A DNA stretch of 51,550 nt from Trichomonas gallinae (lineage: Eukaryota). A program made the translations under genes and the position numbers. The notes beneath the pieces were generated by a model, which searched no databases, had not been told where the DNA came from, and worked only from the letters and a program-made list of their open reading frames with translations. Positions 1-10,900 of the stretch are shown here, piece after piece. Positions within the stretch are counted from its first letter, which is position 1, and each line of letters starts with the position of its first letter. Location of the stretch: positions 1 through 51,550 of the forward strand of contig MRSU01010481.1 in assembly GCA_008369845.1 (NCBI GenBank), given 5' to 3'.

Positions 1-59
1 TATTTTAATTTTCGTGAGTCAAAAAATTGAATAGATCCCCGAAAACCCAGCTGATCCCC

Positions 60-551
60 GAAAAGCGGATGACGGTATATATATTATTACAACTTCTAAG
101 TACTCAAAGGTGCAGCCCAGGTAAAATTGGGGAAAACTCTTGTTCAAGATAGCTGAAGCACAATCTGGTTCAATATTTATTCCCATGATTACTAACCCTT
201 GCTTTGTCGTCGTTTCGCAAACATTTGCACGTTGTGCAAAACGTTATTTCGAGCTATGCTAGAGCCGCAGTAGCTCCTATCAGTCCTTTTACCTTTAAAT
301 ATTCATCATTTGCAATTACGCAATCAGACAAACAGTGCGAAATATATAACAACAAGTTAGTCGTTGACTGGGCATTCCCGTCGGAGAAAAAGAAACATAT
401 ATACTATGTGCTTGGGATAGTATTATGTGGCGATGTCTTACTTGTAGTGACAGTAGCATTATTAATTTATGCTCTATATAACTGCAGAGTTCACAAAGAA
501 TTCTTGAATAGAAGATTAGTTGAACAATTAGTTATTGATGATTTTAGTTAA
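60..551 (+). pseudogene. Disrupted 3' remnant of a single-pass membrane protein gene
   Basis: ORF 204..551 has no ATG (it opens at TTG). It ends in a TM segment (YVLGIVLCGDVLLVVTVALLIYALY) and a short tail RRLVEQLVIDDFS. Upstream coding-like sequence is broken by stops and frame changes. Confidence 0.4.
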
Positions 552-1109
552 CAAATTTGTGTTTTGAACAAAATTGATAGTTTTGGAAAAAAACATATTT
601 AAATTTCCCAAAATTGATATAAGTAATATATGTTCTAGATAACTAAATAATGTAGTTTTAGAAAAAAAAAATAAGAAGTTGCACTGTGTGATTACCTCAA
701 CAAGAAATTTGAAAATATTGTTAATAATTCTTTCAAATGGTAATGATTCGAAATTTGATTCTGCTAATGACGTAGTTTTACAAACTATGATATGATGTTC
801 ACATAGTGGCGTAATATCACATTTTAGCATGAAGTGTCAATGCATTTTGAAACAGTTGTTATTCTTTTCAAGGTGAATTCAAAATTGAATGAAACCGCGA
901 AAAGTATCACAACTATTTCATAATCATATTACGCTTCTTTCAATTTCATAGAATGCTTCTTCTCCGTTTTTTTTTTTTTTTAAGTGCTATTCATTATATG
1001 ATAAATATGGATTGGAAAATCCCTATTCACAACGGTATTAGTAAAATCATAAGATGAACTGCATCTTATTGAAAAGCATGAACTGACGATTTTTTTGAAA
1101 TGATATATT

Positions 1110-1350
1110 AGGGGCTGACGCCATTGAGGGATAAAATAATCAGAGAAAATACTGATTGGAGAGTCTGACACTATACAATATAAATTCAGAGAGTGATATA
1201 ATTGAATGATATTATAGGAAAAATGACATTATAGATTATGAATTGCAGGGAATGACACTTTACAATAAAATTGCAGGGGCTGACTCCATTGAATAATTAA
1301 ATTGCAGGGGCTGACACTAAACAATAAAAATTGCAGGGGCTGACACCATC
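1110..1350 (+). repeat. Promoter-proximal tandem array, unit about 29 nt, core TTGCAGGGGCTGACAC
   Basis: TGA(C) cores at 1166, 1194, 1224, 1253, 1281, 1312 and 1341, plus one at 1116. The array ends just before the ATG at 1357. Confidence 0.85.
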
Positions 1351-1356
1351 AAATAT

Positions 1357-2559
1357 ATGCTGAAGCATCATCATTTACTTCAGCAAGACAACTTAAAACT
1401 TCAAGAGCAGAATAGATATCTCGAGCTTCTCGTAAAAGATGCCGAAGAAAAGGTCAAAGAATTATCAAGCACGCTGCAAAAGGGCTTAGTTAATGTTATG
1501 CCTTCCGTAACCGTCTGTAATGACCTCCTTGAAATATCAAAAGACAATAGAGAAGTTCATCCAACAACAGGATTTGCATCAGCAGGCTCTGTAACGTTGG
1601 ATGCGCCCGCTTTATGTCTTGATGATGGAGTTTTCATTGCTGCTGGTCAAACAAATGGTGCTATATCACTCTGGTCTGCACAGCAGCCAGATGGTGAGTC
1701 AAATTCTTCTTCAAAACAGAAAAATCGAAATTCTTCCGGAACATTATACAGATTCTCAACAGAAAAGTCAATAATGGATGCAGAGGAAAAGAATCCAATC
1801 GTCAAACAGTCAAATCCGCTCGTTGGTCATCGCGGTCCTGTTACATCAGTAAAATGGATCGATAATGTGAATCTTTCTTCTGTTTCTCTTGACGCTACAC
1901 TCAAGATCTGGGATGTTACTACAGCAAAATACAACTCTATTGCCTTGGATTGTCCATCAGTTTCCCATACAATTGTTGATAATTGTTTTGCAATCGCTTC
2001 TTGCACGAACAAAATCTTCTTTTCTGATCCAAAGGATCCAACAGTCCAGTCAATTGAGAATTACGAAATAGTTACATCTATTGCAAAAACAAATCTTGGC
2101 CTTTTAATCGGAACAGAGAATGGTAAAATTTTAGTCATAGATCCAAGAATGTGGAAGCCATATCAGTCAATCCAATTATCACAGGCTGAACTTCCAATTT
2201 CTAAAATCTCCGGTGTTAGTGAAATTACAGTTACATCATTTGATGGCATAGTTAGAACAATAGGTAATGAGCTCCCACTCTTCGTAGAGAAGGAATTCGT
2301 GAGAGCTCCTATCATGGGATCGATTATCGGATCTTGCTGTGTTTCAATTTCATCTAAGAACGACTTCGTTGTATCAGGATCTACAGATGGCAGAGCGATT
2401 GTTTGGCCAAAGAACGGACCAGCTCAAAATCTATCACACAAAGGATCAATTGTTTATGATTGTGCAAATGTTGGCAAGTTTGTTGGCTCATTTATAACAT
2501 GCGACAATGCATCGAATTTAACTATGTGGGCTTGCTCATTTAATGAAATGATCAAATAA
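1357..2559 (+). CDS. WD40-repeat protein with N-terminal coiled coil
   Basis: 400-aa ORF. Contains LVGHRGPVTSVKW...SVSLDATLKIWD, VVSGSTDGRAIVW and GQTNGAISLW. The N-terminus is heptad-like. Confidence 0.85.
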   Translation: MLKHHHLLQQDNLKLQEQNRYLELLVKDAEEKVKELSSTLQKGLVNVMPSVTVCNDLLEISKDNREVHPTTGFASAGSVTLDAPALCLDDGVFIAAGQTNGAISLWSAQQPDGESNSSSKQKNRNSSGTLYRFSTEKSIMDAEEKNPIVKQSNPLVGHRGPVTSVKWIDNVNLSSVSLDATLKIWDVTTAKYNSIALDCPSVSHTIVDNCFAIASCTNKIFFSDPKDPTVQSIENYEIVTSIAKTNLGLLIGTENGKILVIDPRMWKPYQSIQLSQAELPISKISGVSEITVTSFDGIVRTIGNELPLFVEKEFVRAPIMGSIIGSCCVSISSKNDFVVSGSTDGRAIVWPKNGPAQNLSHKGSIVYDCANVGKFVGSFITCDNASNLTMWACSFNEMIK

Positions 2560-2927
2560 TTTTTTAATTTTAAATTTTGTCAGAAGAAATAAAAAAACTC
2601 TCTCGATTTGTTTTCACCATTATCGGCATGTTTCAATTTTTAAACAAAATTACTTATTTCGCATAAAAATAAAATTTTTGCATTAAAAATCGAATTCAAT
2701 GCCTTAGAGAAGTAAAAATATAATAAGTTAAGCATGCACATTAATATTAGATATATTATTTATGTTAATTAAATTAATAAAATTTAAAAAATAATACATT
2801 ATAAATCATTTTATGAATATATCGTAGAAATTTGTTGTATTGTGAGTAGTAAAAAGATGATTGTTGATGATATTTTTGATGTCAAAAAAATAACAAATTT
2901 ATTATTGAGTGTCTTAACAAAAGCGTA

Positions 2928-3953
2928 TTAAACTGGTGGTGAATCTAGTAATGATTTCCAAAAGTCGATAATATTCAAGTTATTTGCCCAGGATATAATT
3001 TCTTCTTTCTCGGAGTAAGCTATATACGTGCTGTGATTGCTCTTCTTCCTAACACCTTCCTTTGATATCTTATATCCCAATGAGCCACCATCTTTTTTCT
3101 TAATCAAAAGATGCTCAGGTTCTTTCTTAGTTGCGGCATTGTAAGAGGATACAGTTCCAGGGATATCGAGTTCCCCGACAAGTTGCTTCATCGTATTATC
3201 GCTGTAGTATTTAAGAACGAAACCTTTGATTTCAAAGCAACGATCTTTCTTAGTTTTGAAGAGACCTCCGATTTTTCTGAGCATACCAGTCTTCTTGTAT
3301 TCCGGTGGTGTGTCGAATTCGATGAAAGTAAAGAAAATTGGGAACGGTCTTTCATTAATCTCAGCGTAAAGGTCTCCTTTTTGCGATACACCCATTGGAA
3401 CTGGCTTTAATAGTTCCATGAATTGGTTCCTCTGGAATTTGAAGTCTGGAGTCTTCATTCCTGCTGTTAAAATAATTGCTTTTACTAGCTTTGCCACTGT
3501 TTGTATATCCATGTTATCTCCTGGGTTGCTTGTTGCGTAGACAGATGAGAAAGCGTGTATAATTCTATTTAACGTCGACATATCATCTGGAAGCGCAATT
3601 CTTGAGAAGCAGTGATAAACAGGCGGATAAATTTTTTGATATTCATGTACAATAGAAGAAAAGAAGTGAAACAAGAAAGTGTCGATTTCATATGGAAATT
3701 TTTTGGAAAAAATAAATTTTGTCAAAGCAACTGGTGACAAATTCGGGCAGTAAAAGAAGAATGGGCCTGCAGAGGCTGGCTCTGTCAGTCTCTGGTTCTT
3801 TTCGTATATTGCGTGAAATGCTTCATGCGGATTTTTGTTAAAATTTCTTGCAAAGCTATCTTCGTATTGAAAATGTGGGATATCCATCGGCATCAGCCAA
3901 TTGTCAACCGGCTGCACTGACCCATTCCAGCTAGAAACCTGAGATGAAGCCAT
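2928..3953 (-). CDS. Sec7-like + PH domain protein (cytohesin-like architecture, divergent catalytic motif)
   Basis: RIALPDDMSTLNRIIHAFSSVYATSNP aligns with the Sec7 motif FRLPGEAQKIDRxxEAFAxRYxxCNP. The PH domain starts KKTGMLRKIGGLFKTKKDRCFEIKGFVLKYY and ends EIISWANNL. Confidence 0.7.
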   Translation of the reverse strand: MASSQVSSWNGSVQPVDNWLMPMDIPHFQYEDSFARNFNKNPHEAFHAIYEKNQRLTEPASAGPFFFYCPNLSPVALTKFIFSKKFPYEIDTFLFHFFSSIVHEYQKIYPPVYHCFSRIALPDDMSTLNRIIHAFSSVYATSNPGDNMDIQTVAKLVKAIILTAGMKTPDFKFQRNQFMELLKPVPMGVSQKGDLYAEINERPFPIFFTFIEFDTPPEYKKTGMLRKIGGLFKTKKDRCFEIKGFVLKYYSDNTMKQLVGELDIPGTVSSYNAATKKEPEHLLIKKKDGGSLGYKISKEGVRKKSNHSTYIAYSEKEEIISWANNLNIIDFWKSLLDSPPV

Positions 3954-3967
3954 AAATAAAAAAAATT

Positions 3968-4170
3968 ATAAAAGTGACAAAAATAATTTCAATTAAATTA
4001 AAATGTGACAAATATTGAATTAAAAGTGACAATATTAATTCAAATATTAAAAGTGACAAAAAACAATTAAATTTTAAAATGATGAGAAAAATCTTAAAAG
4101 TAATTTAACAATACGACTTTGGTTATGAAAAGTGACAACAAAATTTCAATCAATATTTAAAAGTGACCAT
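3968..4170 (-). promoter_or_regulatory. Array of AAAGTGAC / GTCACTTT (Inr or motif-2-like) elements upstream of the Sec7-PH gene
   Basis: GTGAC cores at 3974, 4005, 4026, 4053, 4132 and 4163. The proximal copy reads TCACTTTT on the minus strand, 17-24 nt before the ATG at 3953. Confidence 0.7.
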
Positions 4171-4996
4171 TTTTGAATACATCAAATAATTCCTTCAATT
4201 TTTGGTTATTCTATTTTACTTATTAACTCAAGCTAAGCTTAAATTTTGAGTTTTTAAAACTCACAAAAATTTAAAATTATTCGATAATTAATGATAATTT
4301 ATTATAAGTGATTTGTCTTTTAAGTGAAAATTGATTTGACAACTTCGTTACAAAATTGAGATAATTAAAATTTCAATTAATAATTATGTGTTCATGCATC
4401 TCTTATTAAATGCATATTTTTATTTAAAATAATATATCGTTGTAATATTCAAAATTATTTTATATTACATATATTCATCATATATAATATCTATATTGAC
4501 AATATCTCAAATTTCTTCAAAATAAGGAGTTCAAAACTCAAAATGCTACAGCTAATATCAAGTAGCGTATTAATAGTTGTATCCGCCGTGTCAAGAAGAA
4601 TTGATTTTGTGACTTCTAGTTTGGTTGCTTCTATGCGGTTCCCAGAGGAAATTTCATTTTATATTAAAATTGGTTTTATTGACTTTAGGTCGCAGATATA
4701 TACTATATGTGTGCAAAGGAATCATTTCAATGAATTAATCCTCATTTACCCATGATTCGTTGTAAAAATTAATTCTCATCATCAACCGATAAAATAGAAT
4801 TCAATATAAACATGTATAGACAATATTATATAGATTTGCATAGCGAATCAAGGATATTACTGTAAATATAAAAAAATTGTAAAATTATTTTGATGGGCGT
4901 GTAATTCTTAGTATTTGACGCTTAGTGAAGATGGCATTGTTATTTGAATAGAAGATATTAATAAAAATTTTAATAAACAAAAAAAATAAATAATTA

Positions 4997-7900
4997 TTAG
5001 ACAGATTGAGGAATCATCTCTTTGCAATTCCTACATAATGGTCCTTCAGCCTCAAGTGTTGAGCACTGTTCGCAGACAAATTTTCCGCAGACCCTGCATA
5101 ATGCTTTAGCGGGGTTGTTGCATATGGCACAGTGTTCGTATGAAGCTCTTCTCCTGTGCTTCTTTGCTTTGAAGAAAACACTTGTCGCGTGCTGTGCATC
5201 ACCGCACAAAATCTTCTTGAGTTTGTATTGTTGAAGTGATGCTTGCATTAGCTGCGATTTGTCTTCTTCGCCTAAGACCCGCATCTTCACGCACTTCTTT
5301 GACGACGAGACGTGGAAAGACAGAACTTCTTCGCGAGACTGATCTATGCCATAAACAGTGCAGTATGATGTGGAAATGAAAATTATGTCAGAATACTTTC
5401 TGTCGGCCAAATCAAGTGAGCACAAGAATGTTGCGTTGACTGTGTAGCAGTAAATCTTGTTGTCATCGCAAAGGACCCAGACGTGGCTTTGCGGGACATC
5501 GAAAAGTGCCAAGAAAACATGGCAATTAAATGTTATTGTTCTGTGAATCAAGCCATTGAATATATCCCAAAGGACAACTTTGTTATCGAATAGAGTCGCG
5601 CACAGCCAGTTTGATCCTGAAACTGCACTACGGGGTGCACATGGTGTCGCGAAAGTGTTCAAAACCATTAAACCACTTGGCAGATCGTTTTCGTATATAA
5701 CTCTGTAAGCTCTTGTTTCTCCAAACGAAAAGTCTACAACTAAGAAGAGTCCGTTCTGACTTGTTGCAACAGACAAAGCCTGATCGAACGCGTGATCAAT
5801 GAATCTGACGTAGCATTTTCCTGTGATCGTGTCAATGATTTCGAGTTTGATTTCGTTAGGAACAATTTCGACCATCGCTGATTTAAGAACAGAAGTTCTT
5901 CCACTCAAAGGCGGCAACTGTGATTGATAAGGAGTCTTGTATGTATCCTGCTGTACAACTTTCGATGGCAATTCAAGAGAATTCGTTCTTATCGGTTTAG
6001 TTGTGAAGTGAACTCTTGTCCATTGTTGAAGTTCGACTCTCGCGTTCTCGCTTTCGAGAGAATCTCTAAGAACCATTGACTTGAATATGTCGTGGTTCGT
6101 GTCATCATCCATTGTCTGCTCAGCGAGTGAATAAACCGGTGCAATGACAGAATTCGACTGTATTTCTGTCTTTGGAAGTTTGTTGAACGGCATGATTCTT
6201 GACAAACTCATCGAAACCATGCAACCTGACGGGAAAGGCGTTGGCTGGCCTGGATCCTCTTCTGGTGGATTCAAGAATGGCGGGAAGCATGGGAAGTTGT
6301 CGATATCTGAATAAGAATAACCGCCCAAAGCATTCAAGACGCAAACATATTGGAAACTCGAGATCATCTTTTGATGCCATCTCTTTGTCGCTTCTTCTTT
6401 TGTCTTGATTTGATCGAGAAGATGATCAAAGAGGAATGTTTTTGTGACTTCATCATCGAGTTTTGTCACGAAATTCAACAAATGACCTGAAATTTCGTTT
6501 TCGAAGACCAACAAAAAGTTTCCGTAAGAAAATGACCAGATGTTCATTCTTTCTTTCATGCAGTGAATCGCTAATAAATCATTCTGCTTCACTTCAATTA
6601 CGAAGTGGTTATCGAACAAATAGAGCTTGCCTATCTGCCCTGCTAATAATGATTCTTCGAATATAGACGAATACTCATCGTACATAATCATCTGGTCGCC
6701 CTTCAATGTCGAAAACAAAACAATGACAATTGATTTTTGGTAGGCGAAGAAAATTGATGGAATCGCATCACCATATCTGATGAAAACGCAGGAAGTCATC
6801 GTGATCGGATTTCCAAACTTCTCGAAAGTTCTAAGGAAAACAGGAAGACAAGCGTTTCTGTGAATGAAGTGTTTCTTGTGGAAAGGATCGAAGCCTGGAT
6901 TCGGTGCAACAGGCGGCAACAGTTTTGGTGGGAAATAAGGCAAGCATTTCAACGACATGAACAAGTCTTTAGGATTCTCGTTTGACGATGATCTCATCTT
7001 CTCCATCAGCCTGAACCTGAAGACCTCCCATTTTCGCAAATCGCATAACATCGTGAAAACGCAGTTCGAGTATTTCAACGCTTGATTCATCATTGTTCCG
7101 ACAACGAAAGACTTGCAGTCAGAAATGAACATAAATTTGATTGTTTCGCGTGATATGAATGCGAAATCTATGAAATGAGCCTGTTTGTATGATTTAATAT
7201 CCTTTGAAATGTCTTCGAAAGTCTTCTGGAAATTAGAAGTGAAAACTCCCCATGAATCTTTCGCTTTATCTGTTTCGTAAACATCATTGAAATTCAACAA
7301 TTGCTTGGCTGCATCTCCCATGTTCATGAAGCTTGACAAGAAGAAAATCCACTGAAGATGACTCTTCGTTTGATTAACAATCGAAAACAAAATGTTTGAG
7401 TTTTTGCTCAACAAACCAAATATTTTCTCGTACTGGTTGTCAGGAGCTGTTGCCATCAACTGCAAAAGGATTGGATAGACTTGGTCTGCGTATTTCAGTA
7501 TTTCTCTTTCTCCGAATGACCAAACAATTGAAGAGCAAAGCAGTAGAATATCAGATATGAACTGCTGTGCGTTGTCAGATAACAAATTCAGCCCACAGAG
7601 GAAATGAATGAAAGAGAACAACTTGTTGAAAGGAATAGAAGGAGATAAAGGAACTGTCATGCATGACATCAATATGTGCAAAAGATTTTGAGCGTATTGG
7701 CGTGGTTTTTGTGCATATCTGAATGGTGTTCCAATGAAGAAAGCCCTCGCGAGTAAAAAGAAATTGGAATGAGAACATTTCAGCAACAAATCAGACATGA
7801 ATATGAAAAGCGGATTCGTCTTCATCCAGTTAATTGTCTCTGGAATTTCGTAGACTTGTTCTTCAGAAATTGCTTGTGGTAGATCGAAAGACAGGAAAAT

Positions 7901-10900
7901 TTCTTTGATAAGTTCTCGGAGATATTCCAAAGGGGTCCATGGAACTTTCGGAGGCTTGAATGCTAAATCTTTAGGTGTCTCTAGATTGCTCCATATTGTG
8001 TCGTTGTATTCAGACATTGTCTGCAAGTTCATTGACTCGAAATTGATTGGTGCTGGTCTTTCGCTTTCATCGCTGTCGTTAATGAAAACATATGGGAAGT
8101 TCATAATCAGTGGATAATAATACAAAAGTATAGACATGCATAATGGTGTTTCAACGATTTTAGGAACTATGTCCATTAATAAAGCTAAAGCGTTATTCAT
8201 GTGTGCTTCTATTTCCAGTAATCTTATATTTTCTTTGTCGAGTTTATATCCTTTTGAGTGGAAAATAGAAACAGCGCAGCTCCAAATCAATTGCAATAAA
8301 ATTGGAACAACGGAAATGTTTTTAACAGTTCTCTGTTGATCCCTTTGTGCTAATTTCATCGTGTCTTCCCATACTATTGGGAAACCAGCCAATCTGCAGA
8401 CACTAGAGAGAAAGGCCATGTCGATAATCATGTATGCTGGAATGTAGAACGAAATTGTTGCGATCAAATGATAAATCGTCGCAGAAAGATTTTCTTTCGT
8501 AGACATCATCAAATATTTGAGTTCATCGAATGATACATAGCTGACGATGTTGTCGACATTTTCTCTCGAAATAAAATCAGCCATGCACTGAGCGATTGAT
8601 ATCTGTAGCTCATGCGGCCTCCTCGACCTCAAAATGTCCCAATCGACTTTCTCTATTATTGGCGCAGACTTCAACATGTTATAAATGTATTTGAACGTTT
8701 TTGTTAGTTTCCTGATGTTATTCAAGATCAAGAGAATTAGTCTGTGATCTGTTGGATTCTTAAGAACTCTCTCGGCCAAAAACAATTCAGCAGAGTCTAT
8801 GTTTTTGATTATAACATTCGGGAACAATTCTAATAATGTCGATAAAAGAGTAAAATTGTCAACTTTCTCCCATAATTCGACATCTGTGAAAACCATCATG
8901 AAGACTTCTTCTTTTGGATTGTCGTAGGCTGATAACAAGACCATTAATTGCTTCTTCATGATCTCTGATGATATCTGCGGCTGGTATTCTTTGATAGCCA
9001 ATAAAGCTCTGTCTATGAAATGTTTTAATTGGTTCTGTGTAATTGTCTGAGTGTTGGCGATTGCTATTAAAGCGCTTTCTGCTTTTTCTTTGTCTCCCAG
9101 AAGCTTAAACAAGCTCTGCTGATGCAATGCATTGTGTAGATGCCTTGGCAAGCCGAAGTAGTGTACATTGTAGCAGTTTTTAGGCAAAAGACTTTTATCG
9201 ACGTTTAATGCTGTGATTTGCAATGATTCTTTGATTCCTTCAATAGGTTTCATTGAGCCTGGTCCACGGCTCTCTAAAACGCTCCAATCTGAAACCCACG
9301 ATTTCGAGAATCTTATTGAAGAGCCGAGTAAAACAATTGTCTGGTTTGTGCTGCCGAATGTTGCCTTTTTGAGCATCGTGACTTTTTTCTTTGGCTGGAA
9401 AATCAGTTCATCGCTTTTTGTGTTCACATGCAAACTACTGGCCATTATTCCAACCTCCAATCTTATGACAATCAAATTCCATTCGACTGGTGAAATTTCT
9501 GCGTGGCATTTCTGCTTTTCTACTTCAGCTGTTAATGTTGAATCTCTTATTGTTATCGTCAATAATTCATTTTTGAAGATTGTCATTTCGAACGAAACAA
9601 AATCGCCGAGCTTAAACCAGAATGAGAGCAAGATATAATCAGCATCTATAGAAAACTCGCCTTGTCCAGGGTAGAACTGGAAAAGCGGGAAATGATCGAA
9701 TTCAGGATTGCAGCATGAATCAATTCTCGGAGCAGTTTTAATGATTTGTTCAACTTGTTCTGGTAAAATATATCTATTTGCAACCAGCGGCAGTAGTTTG
9801 TGCTTGTCTTCATCGCTCAGTCTGTCGAAGCACTTCTTGCCGATCTTCCATAGGTTATATGGATCGATGATTGTTTTGTCAGGTAATAAATGGAACATTG
9901 ACGTTACTCGAATTTCGCGATAAAATGTTAGATTCTTCATTCCGAAGACAATTGGCTCCACCAAGTCAGACGGGATGTGGAATAAAGGATGATCATGTGG
10001 TAATTCGTTTATAGACTCATCGAGCATATCATATCTGGAGTGACTTGATATTGACGCGAGGATTAATGTTAATTGTTTCACTGACATTGACGATTCATAG
10101 AAATTCTCCAATGTCCAATGTATTCCTCCGCTATCGACGAATAAGTCTGCTACTGTAGCTGATTTTGTGCAGGCTGATATTAATCCTTCAGCAAGTTCGC
10201 CAGTTTTGTTTCTATCGATGTTATTTAAAACTCGATTAACTGCGTCACTTGTTGGCCAAACGCAGATGAATCCGCTGATTGCTGTCGAGAGCATTGTCAA
10301 TATATCTTTGTATCTCGCGAGTCCGAAGACTTTGTCGATGACTTTCTTGTGGATTTCGTCGTCTTGACATAATGAAAAAACATCTAAAATAAGTTGAACG
10401 AAAGTTGCTGATTTTTTGAAGAATTCTATGATGTATTCCTCAGGTGCATCAATTACGAAAACATTCAAGAAGTTTGCTTGCAATAAATCTGATAATTTAA
10501 TCATTCTCCTTAAAAGTTGGTTATCTATTAACATAAATGTTTGAATGTACGATTTGACTTGATTGGATGGTTTTAAGTGATTAATAAGTGGACTGATGCA
10601 TTGAGAAATTAAAGTCGGATCTGCTTGTTGCAAAATTGATATTAAATTAAGGATTTCGTCAGCATCAATGTCTGAGTCACACCATCTGGAGAAAGGAACA
10701 ATGCTATGAATCTTTGTAACTTCACCACGGAATTTATCTGCTGTATTAATGATTGATCTTGAGATAAATGCCTGTGGCTTGGTATTTTGTGGAAGTAATT
10801 GAGCAATTACATCTGTTGAAATGCTTCCTCCTGAGCTAATCAGCTTTTCTAATGTATTTTGTTTTTGATCTTCTGAGAAACTGTCAATAAACTTTAATAT

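Noticed and set aside
34..64. Direct repeat GATCCCCGAAAA (2 copies)
   Set aside because: Only two short copies at the window edge, with no context to interpret them.
528..1171. Short minus-strand ORFs (100 aa and 63 aa)
   Set aside because: No motifs, low-complexity AT-rich sequence, and overlap with repeats.
1110..1350. CRISPR-like appearance of the regularly spaced repeats (also at 12090 and 51198)
   Set aside because: The spacers are short, AT-rich and similar to each other, there are no cas genes, and the context is eukaryotic. These are tandem repeats.
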